Below, piece after piece: positions 57,070 to 64,000 of a stretch of 64,000 nt of DNA. The notes under the pieces are model-generated. The model saw only the letters and a list, made by a program, of their open reading frames with translations, had not been told where the DNA came from and searched no databases. The translations under genes and the position numbers were made by a program. Numbering within the stretch: the stretch's first letter is position 1; every line of letters starts with the position of its first letter. Origin of the DNA: an uncultured Chloroflexia bacterium (lineage in GTDB: Bacteria; Chloroflexota; Chloroflexia; QHBQ01; JADMIH01); the NCBI GenBank assembly GCA_963797095.1, contig CAWCNY010000002.1, forward strand, positions 10,063-74,062, given 5' to 3'.

Positions 57070-59562
57070 CTAACGCTGTTTAGCCTCCCGCAAGGCAGCG
57101 GCAAAGCCGGGCAGCGCGCGCTCGATCATGTCATCGTTGGCGGTAAGCGAGATGCGGAAGTGTCCCGGCGCTTCCACGATAGTACCCGGCAAGCAGAGTA
57201 TATTGTGTGAAGCCAGCAGATCGATAAAAGCGTTGTCGTCTTCCAACGGCGAGCGCACCAGCAGGTAAAAGGTGCCTTCCGGCACGTGCAGGCTGTAGCC
57301 CATATCGCGCAAGGCTCCGACCAGCCAGTCGCGCTTGTGTTGCAAATGCACTATATCTATCGAGAGCTTTTCCAGGTCGGGCAAGGCGTGCTGAAGGAGT
57401 GCATTGGGGAAAGCATAGCCTGTTACCATCTGCGCCGAGAAGATGGCCTGGCCTATCACATCGCGCTGAGACATGGATGGTGACAGGGCGATGTAGCCGA
57501 TGCGCTGGCCGGGGGTGAGAAGCGTCTTGGCGTAAGGGACTCTCAAGAAATTAACAAGCCTGGGAGTAGAGTGGAGCAGGAGTGATGTCGAGAAACCATT
57601 TGCCCAACGTTTTATGGCGTATGAGTTGCCCTTCTACTGCCTTCATCGCCTCTTTGCTCAGTTTCACCCCACTGGCATACCTTGTTGTCACCAGTTCCAC
57701 TGCCGGTCGGCGCCCCTTCCAGGTCATCGTCCCCGCATACGCAATTACTGCCTCTATGGAGTTGAGTAATGCACCGTTCCAATGGTTTTCCAGGATGCCC
57801 CAACAGCGCTCAACCGCATTGTACTTGCTGTGGTACGGTGGGTAGTAAGCCAGCCGCACCTTTATCCCGTAGTCCGATGCGAAATTCAGCAGTCGCTGCA
57901 CGAATTGGGTGCGCCGACTGTGGTTCTCCGGTCCATTATCCAGATTGATCACCAGCGTCCTGATTGTGGCGAAGCGACTGCGCACGCTCTGCCACCACTG
58001 CTCCAGACAATCGACCAGGCAGTCACTCGTCACTTTGGAAGTAATGCCATATAGAAACAATTCGTTCGACTGGGGTAGCATAATCCCCACTGGCGTCACC
58101 TTTGCCAGCGCTTCAAAGTCGTGGTCAGCGGCTGCGGTCGGCACACGAGACTTACCACCACGGGAGAATGGCCCGACTAAAACAGCCGCTTTGGCGTCCA
58201 TAGAAATGCGCAATTCCCTCTCATTAGCATCGGCTGCGCGATTGACCGCATTTACTTGCTCGAAGATGGCATCAGTTTGGGGGACTTTTTTTGGGGTTGC
58301 GACTTGGCAACCTTCTTGGGGTAGTAGCCCAGGTCATTCAACTTGCCCCCGATGGTTTCTGGGGTAGGCAACTGCGGGTCGGTGTAGCCCTTTTGCGCGA
58401 TCAACTGACGGCGCACTTCGGCGGCAGAGAGGCGGGTATAGAGGCGGTTAGTACGAAACTGAGGATCAGCCTGGCTCTGGCTATCGACTATAGCTTGCAG
58501 ATCCGGTAATAGGTTGGGCAGATGAACTTCTGACCGCTTGCGGCCACGCGCAGCGAAAGCATCGACACATCTGATGCCAGTGTCAAGTTCATGGATACCT
58601 TTGCGAATAGTCATGCGGCCCCAGTGCAGTTCACGGGCTGCGAGAGCTTGACCACCAGGACCGAGTTCTTTGACGGTACGGGCCATAAACAAGCGGCGGT
58701 CACTGCCTTTGAGGGACTTAGCGGTCTCGATTAGCATTGTCTTGAGAGAGTTGGTTAGTTCCATCAACATACCTCCAGAGTGTGATCACTGGAGTATAAC
58801 ACCAGAAGAGGCTAGTTTATTCATCGAGAGTCCCTAAGTGTAAAGAAGGAACGACTCGGGGTAGAAGGCCACGGGGCTTGGGTAGTCGCGACCATCGAAC
58901 ACAATACGACTGTAAGCCTCGTCCGACAGCAGGTAGATAGTGCGCCCGTTGCGCTTGCTAGCCTCTGTCAGCAATTCGCCGAGCCGCGCAAGGGTGGAAG
59001 CAGGGTATATCTTGCCCGTGGGGTTGTTGGGCGAATTTACCAGGATCGCCCTGGTGCGGTCGGTTATAGTGGCGGCTATCGCGTCAAGGTCGAGGTCGAA
59101 AGTATCTGGGTCCATCTTTACGCGCACAGGCTTGCCGCCGTAGGAGACGATCATCGCCTCATAGAAGAACCAGGGCGGGCTGATAAAGATAACCTCATCG
59201 CCTGGGTCAACCAGGGCGCTCAAGGTTACGCTAATGGCCGCGAAAGCCCCGTTGGTGAGGAAGATATCGCTCTCTTCGAAAGGCAGGCCACGCAGGTCGC
59301 GCAGAGCGGAGGCCACCACGGAGCGCGAATGCGGCTCGTTGTTCTTGTAGGCAAACCAATCTTTGTTCTGCGGAACACTCCAGCGCTCCAGCGCCTCGAC
59401 GAAGCCTGGTAGAGGCATCTCCTGAGGATTGCCGAAGGCGAAGTCGCTTACTGTTGGGTCGCCGACCTTCTTTGCCCAGGAAGACTGCGTGAAGAAACGC
59501 CAGATGTGCGCGACTGTACTATTGACAGCCGTTATGCGTTGCGATATCGGTGCGGATTCCAT
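57070..59562 (-). pseudogene. Class I/II PLP-dependent aminotransferase disrupted by an IS630-family insertion (fragments 58835-59562 and 57070-57534)
   Basis: N fragment carries NSPNNPTG and LSDEAY. C fragment carries the PLP-lysine region YAKTLLTPGQRIGY. Removing 57535-58834 plus one TA restores a continuous frame: ...FLLYT-YAKTLL... Confidence 0.8.
57535..58834 (-). mobile_element. IS630-family insertion sequence (1300 bp) with TA target duplication and a two-ORF transposase joined by an A7 slippery site
   Basis: Terminal inverted repeats AGGGACTCTC / GAGAGTCCC(T). TA on both flanks. orfA 58252-58770 (HTH domain) and orfB 57551-58213 (DDE domain; NLDNGPENHS, YYPPYHSKYNAVE) overlap around T7 at 58286-58292 (A7 on the coding strand). 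A -1 shift joins the two frames. Confidence 0.85.
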
Positions 59563-59851
59563 TAGAAGCCATTGAGCAAGCTGTTGGGCGCTTGCTATTT
59601 CAATATTATAACAGCTTGCTATTTCAATATTATAACACCGGTACGCACCTCCGGCACCGGCCCAAGTTTCGACCGGCACAAAGGCAGGGGGGACTATGCA
59701 CCCACCCCGAATTAGGACCTATTACGCATTTACCGGACAGAATCTGTGCTGTATCGTCTTAGTGTTGGCTAGCGACGAGTGACGCGTGACGAGTGAATAC
59801 GCAATACGCAGTACGCAGTACGCAATACCCACCACCCACCAGGAAACAAGC

Positions 59852-60127
59852 ATGACCAGGGAAAAGGGCGCAACTAGCAAGAAGCAGGAAAGCAAGTGGA
59901 CCGGGCCTGAGCGCAGGTCTGAGCCACGCGTGCCCAAGCGCGATATAGGCCGCTTCAAGCGCGCAATCGCGTCGGCAGCCCTGGTCGTCACTGTAGGTGG
60001 ATGGCTGGCATTCGCGGCTGCACAGCCCTTCACCGATAGCTCCACGCCCGCTAACCCACCTGCTAGCGTTAAATCGACGAGCACTCCAATGCCCATCCCA
60101 CAAGAACCTGTAAGTTTCGAGCGTTGA
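59852..60127 (+). CDS. Small single-pass membrane protein (hypothetical)
   Basis: ATG at 59852 with RBS AGGAAA. One hydrophobic helix (AIASAALVVTVGGWLAFAAA). The upstream part of the track ORF is heptamer-repeat DNA. Confidence 0.3.
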   Translation: MTREKGATSKKQESKWTGPERRSEPRVPKRDIGRFKRAIASAALVVTVGGWLAFAAAQPFTDSSTPANPPASVKSTSTPMPIPQEPVSFER

Positions 60128-60166
60128 GCTTGAAGGGAAAACGACCGGACGGAGCATACAAGGGTC

Positions 60167-60988
60167 ATGAGTAGCTACTCGTACAGCCACAATCACAACA
60201 GACAGGGCTATAACCCTCGCAGATACAGCGTATATCAGGTAGCAAGCGTAGAAGCCCAGGTACGTCAGTACCGCAAGAAGGCCGAAGTGCTGCTGGCAAT
60301 CTTCTGGGTCATCCTATGCGTGGGAGTGGGTGGCGGTCTGGCATGGCTGCTCAAGCCGTGGCTCGATTCGCTTGGCCCTATCCTTGACAGACAGTTCGGC
60401 GCGACGCCGCAGGTCTACCGCGATATATCGCGCGCCTCCGGGCTGGCCGCCTATGGGCTGCTGTGGCTTTCGATGGCCTTCGGCATCCTGATCAGCGGCA
60501 AGATTTCACGCCTCTGGCCTGGAGCCCTCGAAGCGTTCGAGCTACACCGCTTCTGCTCGCTGCTGGCGCTTGGCGCGACCCTGCTGCACATTTTGATACT
60601 CATAGGCGATCCGCGCCTGGGTAGCGATCCCGTGCCTCTGCTGGCATTCGGGATGCTGGCAGCGAAAGCTCCCTGGGCATGGCTGGGCCAGCTATCGCTC
60701 TACGCGATGGCTATAGTGGTGGGCAGCTTCTACGTGCGCAAGTGGATAGGCAAGCAGGCATGGCGGCTGATACACGCCGCCACATTCGCGCTCTATTTGA
60801 CCGCGCTCGCGCACTCGGTGGGCGCAACCACCGATAGCTCGATCCCAACGCTGGCGGCCTTCTACTGGGCGACTGTGGGCGGGCTGGGGGTGCTCTCTAT
60901 CGCCCGCATCGTAGCTACACTTCGTGCAAAGCGCAAGAAGAAGCGCAAAGTAATATCCGCACATGCACCTGCACCTGCGCGTGCGTGA
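60167..60988 (+). CDS. Ferric-reductase-like transmembrane domain protein (di-heme b, MsrQ/YedZ-like)
   Basis: Six TM helices with paired His in TM3 and TM5 (LHRFCSLLALGATLLHIL; RLIHAATFALYLTALAHSV). Confidence 0.55.
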   Translation: MSSYSYSHNHNRQGYNPRRYSVYQVASVEAQVRQYRKKAEVLLAIFWVILCVGVGGGLAWLLKPWLDSLGPILDRQFGATPQVYRDISRASGLAAYGLLWLSMAFGILISGKISRLWPGALEAFELHRFCSLLALGATLLHILILIGDPRLGSDPVPLLAFGMLAAKAPWAWLGQLSLYAMAIVVGSFYVRKWIGKQAWRLIHAATFALYLTALAHSVGATTDSSIPTLAAFYWATVGGLGVLSIARIVATLRAKRKKKRKVISAHAPAPARA

Positions 60989-61075
60989 TATACTTGAGCA
61001 ACGCCGTTGCCCTCACGGCCCACAGTCGGATCATTTATCAGGCGACCAACGGCGACAGGACCACCTGGATGGAAA

Positions 61076-63571
61076 ATGCTCAACACGACTATTGATTCAT
61101 CTTCAGTTGGCCTGACAACCGCAGAGGCTGACGCCCGCCTGTCGCAGTTCGGCCCGAATCTGCCGGCCCGCAAGCGGCGCTCCAGCACCCTCACCCTGCT
61201 GCTGAGCCAGTTCAACAGCCCCATAGTCCTCCTGCTCCTCTTTTCAGCTGGGTTGTCCTTCTTTTTGGGCGAGTCGGTCGATGCCTCGATCATCCTTGTG
61301 ATCGTGCTGTTGAGTGGATTCCTCAGCTTCTGGGAGGAACGCGGGGCGGCCAACGCCGTCGATAAGCTCCTTGCCGCCGTGCAGGTCAAGGCCACGGTGC
61401 TCCGCGATGGCAAGCCTGTTGACCTGCCTGTAGAGCAGGTCGTGCCGGGCGACATCGTGCTGCTGGATGCGGGGGATGTTGTGCCCGCCGACTGCTCGAT
61501 AATCGAGGCAAAAGATCTCTACGTGGACGAAGCCACGCTAACGGGCGAGACCTATCCGGTGGCTAAAGCACCGGGAAGCGTGAGCGAAGATGCACCACTG
61601 GCGCAGCGCACCAACGCCCTGTTTATGGGCACGCACGTGGTCAGCGGCACCGCCAGGGCAACTGTGGCGCATACGGGCAAGGACACGGAGTTCGGAGCGA
61701 TCTCAGAGCGGCTTAAACTGAGGTCGCCTGAGACCGAGTTCGAGCGCGGCCTCAGGCGCTTCGGCTACCTGCTTGTAGAAGTTACCCTGATCCTGGTGCT
61801 CGCTATCTTCGCGATCAACGTCTATTTCGCCCGCCCTGTGATCAACTCTCTCCTTTTCGCGCTGGCCCTGGCTGTCGGGTTGACACCACAGCTTCTGCCC
61901 GCCATCGTCGCTATCAACCTGTCGCATGGGGCCAAGCGGATGGCCGCCGAGAAGGTGATCGTCAAGAGGCTGGCGTCCATCGAGAACTTCGGCAGCATGG
62001 ATGTGCTCTGCTCGGACAAGACGGGCACGATCACCGAGGGGATAGTGCGTATTCATAGCGCCCTCGACGCGAACGGGCAAAGGAGCGAGCGCGTGCTTAA
62101 ATACGCATATATCAACGCCTCGTTCGAGAGCGGGTTCACCAACCCTATCGACCAGGCAATTTGCGCGCACACGAAAATCGACCTTTCAACCTATAAGAAG
62201 CTGGACGAGGTGCCGTACGACTTCATACGCAAACGGCTCAGCGTGCTGGTCCAGGCGAGCGATGGCTCTTGCTTCATGGTGACCAAGGGTGCTATAGCCG
62301 AGGTGCTGGCTGTGTGCGCCTCGGTGGAGGTGGGGCCGGGCCGCACGATTGGTATAGATGGGGCTAAGGAGGGCATCCTCAAGCAATGCCAGGAGATAAG
62401 CAACGAGGGCTACCGCACCATCGCTATTGCCTACCGGGACTTCCAGCCTGGATCCAACCCGAGTATCTCCAAGCAAGATGAAGTCGGGATGACTTTCCTG
62501 GGCCTGCTGGCGTTGAACGATCCGCCCAAGGAGGGGGTCGAGGCGACCATAGCGCACCTTAAAGCGTTGGGCGTCACGCTCAAAATAATCACAGGCGACA
62601 ACCACATGGTGGCGGCTCACGTCGCGCAGCAGGTAGGCCTCGACGTGTCTCGCGTGCTGTCGGGTGACGACCTGCGCACCATGAGCGACGAAGCCCTCAT
62701 CAAGCAGGTGACCGAGGTGAGCGTGTTCGCGGAGGTGGAGCCTAACCAGAAGGAGCGCATCCTCCTTGCATTGAGGAAGGCGGGAAGGGTGGTCGGCTAC
62801 CTGGGCGACGGCATCAACGACGCCACCGCCCTGCACGCCGCCGACGTAGGTATATCGGTGGACAGCGCGGTGGACGTGGCGAAGGAGGCCGCCGATATCG
62901 TGCTCCTCGATAGGGACCTGGGCGTGCTCGCCACGGGCGTGGCAGAGGGGCGCAAGACCTTCGCTAACACGCTCAAGTACGTGTTCATCACTACCAGCGC
63001 CAACTTCGGCAACATGATCAGCATGGCGAGCATCTCGCTCTTCCTTCCCTTCCTGCCTCTGCTGCCCAAGCAAATCCTGTTCAACAACTTCCTGACCGAT
63101 TTCCCCACCATCGGCATCGCCACCGACAGCGTAGACCCCGAAATGGTGGAGAAGCCGAGACGCTGGAACGTCAAGCTAATACGGAACTTCATGGTGGTGT
63201 TCGGTCTCCACAGCTCCATCTTCGATTTCATCACTTTCGGCACGCTGCTCCTCCTCTTGCACGCCTCGGTAGACCAGTTCCGCACAGGTTGGTTCGTGGT
63301 CTCCGCCGTATCGGAGGTGCTTATCCTGCTCGTAATCAGAACACAAAGGGTCTTTCTAAAGAGCCGCCCCGGCAGATACCTGCTGATGGGCAGCCTGGTA
63401 GCCTCCGTGGTAGCGCTGGTGCTCCCATACACGCCACTAGGAACGCTGATCGGGTTCATCCCCCTACCGTGGCCTATGCTACTCTGCATGGGGGCGATCC
63501 TCGTGCTCTACGTGGTGACTGGCGAAGCACTGAAGCGTGGCTACTTCCGGTTCTCAGGATTCATCGGTTGA
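61076..63571 (+). CDS. mgtA: Magnesium-translocating P-type ATPase (MgtA/MgtB family)
   Basis: DKTGTITEG phosphorylation motif, GDGINDA, TGDN, and an MgtA-type N-terminus (SQFGPN...). ATG at 61076; the track ORF begins at an upstream TTG. Confidence 0.85.
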   Translation: MLNTTIDSSSVGLTTAEADARLSQFGPNLPARKRRSSTLTLLLSQFNSPIVLLLLFSAGLSFFLGESVDASIILVIVLLSGFLSFWEERGAANAVDKLLAAVQVKATVLRDGKPVDLPVEQVVPGDIVLLDAGDVVPADCSIIEAKDLYVDEATLTGETYPVAKAPGSVSEDAPLAQRTNALFMGTHVVSGTARATVAHTGKDTEFGAISERLKLRSPETEFERGLRRFGYLLVEVTLILVLAIFAINVYFARPVINSLLFALALAVGLTPQLLPAIVAINLSHGAKRMAAEKVIVKRLASIENFGSMDVLCSDKTGTITEGIVRIHSALDANGQRSERVLKYAYINASFESGFTNPIDQAICAHTKIDLSTYKKLDEVPYDFIRKRLSVLVQASDGSCFMVTKGAIAEVLAVCASVEVGPGRTIGIDGAKEGILKQCQEISNEGYRTIAIAYRDFQPGSNPSISKQDEVGMTFLGLLALNDPPKEGVEATIAHLKALGVTLKIITGDNHMVAAHVAQQVGLDVSRVLSGDDLRTMSDEALIKQVTEVSVFAEVEPNQKERILLALRKAGRVVGYLGDGINDATALHAADVGISVDSAVDVAKEAADIVLLDRDLGVLATGVAEGRKTFANTLKYVFITTSANFGNMISMASISLFLPFLPLLPKQILFNNFLTDFPTIGIATDSVDPEMVEKPRRWNVKLIRNFMVVFGLHSSIFDFITFGTLLLLLHASVDQFRTGWFVVSAVSEVLILLVIRTQRVFLKSRPGRYLLMGSLVASVVALVLPYTPLGTLIGFIPLPWPMLLCMGAILVLYVVTGEALKRGYFRFSGFIG

Positions 63572-63759
63572 ATTTCATAGGGCGAAAAAATACGTATGAT
63601 CAGGTTAGTCCCGTTAATAGTCCAACGGGCAACGCCAGACCCAGACTTGGCGAGGCATTCCAAATACTGTCGCTCAAGAAGAATGTAAAGTGGGGTACCC
63701 ACAAGGCAATGTCGTCGAATAAAGATGCAGATTGTAGGGGTGTCTCTAGTAGGTGCCTC

Positions 63760-64000
63760 GATGGATTGCCACCCAGGCCAAGTCTCGAAGGGATGTAAGA
63801 GCGTAGTAAGCCCTGTGGATGACGTGCCCCCATGCCAAGTCCCGTAGGGACGTATGAGTATAGCATAGCGCTTACGCCCTGGGCTACTCTCTACCGTCCC
63901 TTCGGGACTACCAGGAATGGCGTACGAGCAGGACACCTGCCAGTGGTGCCCACACAGGGGCTACCTTCGTGGGTTCTATGCGCCAGCATCGCCCACAAGG
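63760..64000. repeat. Array of degenerate short palindromic units (GTCCC-nnn-GGGAC-type hairpins), truncated by the window end
   Basis: ccaagtctcgaagggatgta, ccaagtcccgtagggacgta, ctaccgtcccttcgggactacc, ctaccttcgtgggttctatg. Confidence 0.4.

Noticed and set aside
60989-61075. M-box (Mg2+) riboswitch upstream of mgtA
   Set aside because: The leader is only about 85 nt, far shorter than an M-box (about 160 nt), and no conserved M-box helices are visible.
63760-64000. CRISPR array
   Set aside because: The repeat units are not identical and the spacers are not of uniform length. They look like degenerate palindromic units.

Overview
This is a GC-rich (about 60%) bacterial chromosomal window. 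The heptanucleotide intergenic repeats and the gene content suggest a Chloroflexi-like genome; that is an impression, not a test. The left third (1-27 kb) is housekeeping and accessory metabolism, almost all on the minus strand. It holds an FAD/Fe-S oxidase, an enolase-superfamily enzyme, a deazaflavin-type nitroreductase, a TPP pyruvate oxidase and a sensory-rhodopsin-transducer homolog. It also holds an alpha/beta hydrolase, two translationally coupled arginine-deiminase paralogs (one without the catalytic Cys), an APH-like kinase, a MacB-type ABC exporter, a secreted beta-propeller protein, an MFS transporter, an HDAC-family enzyme, rsmA-ispE and an NMT1-type ABC importer. The middle (about 27.7-50.1 kb) is a mobilome hotspot built around a tRNA-Arg(TCG) gene at 37436-37512. 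Anticodon-loop-bounded partial copies of that tRNA sit at 27710-27756 and 31888-31934 (3' halves) and 49224-49264 (5' half), and an inverted tRNA-derived fragment sits at 37667-37757. A tyrosine integrase lies at 47871-49106. Cargo includes a DnaE2-like error-prone polymerase, Phd/PIN and DUF104-like toxin-antitoxin genes, a Uma2 endonuclease, an ImmA/IrrE pseudogene, a PrimPol with iteron-like repeats, an HNH nuclease and duplicated RHH regulators. The most interesting cargo is a two-gene operon (38586-42847) pairing a predicted PD-(D/E)xK+EVE(PUA-like) modified-base-dependent nuclease with an MmeI-family Type IIG restriction-modification enzyme. The right part holds an O-antigen-ligase/lipoprotein/TPR envelope operon and a class-I aminotransferase split by an IS630-family element carrying an A7 frameshift site. 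It ends with a ferric-reductase-like membrane protein and an MgtA-type P-type ATPase. Families of intergenic heptamer tandem repeats (CACTCGT/GTGACGA, TACGCAG, GAACTCG) recur throughout.
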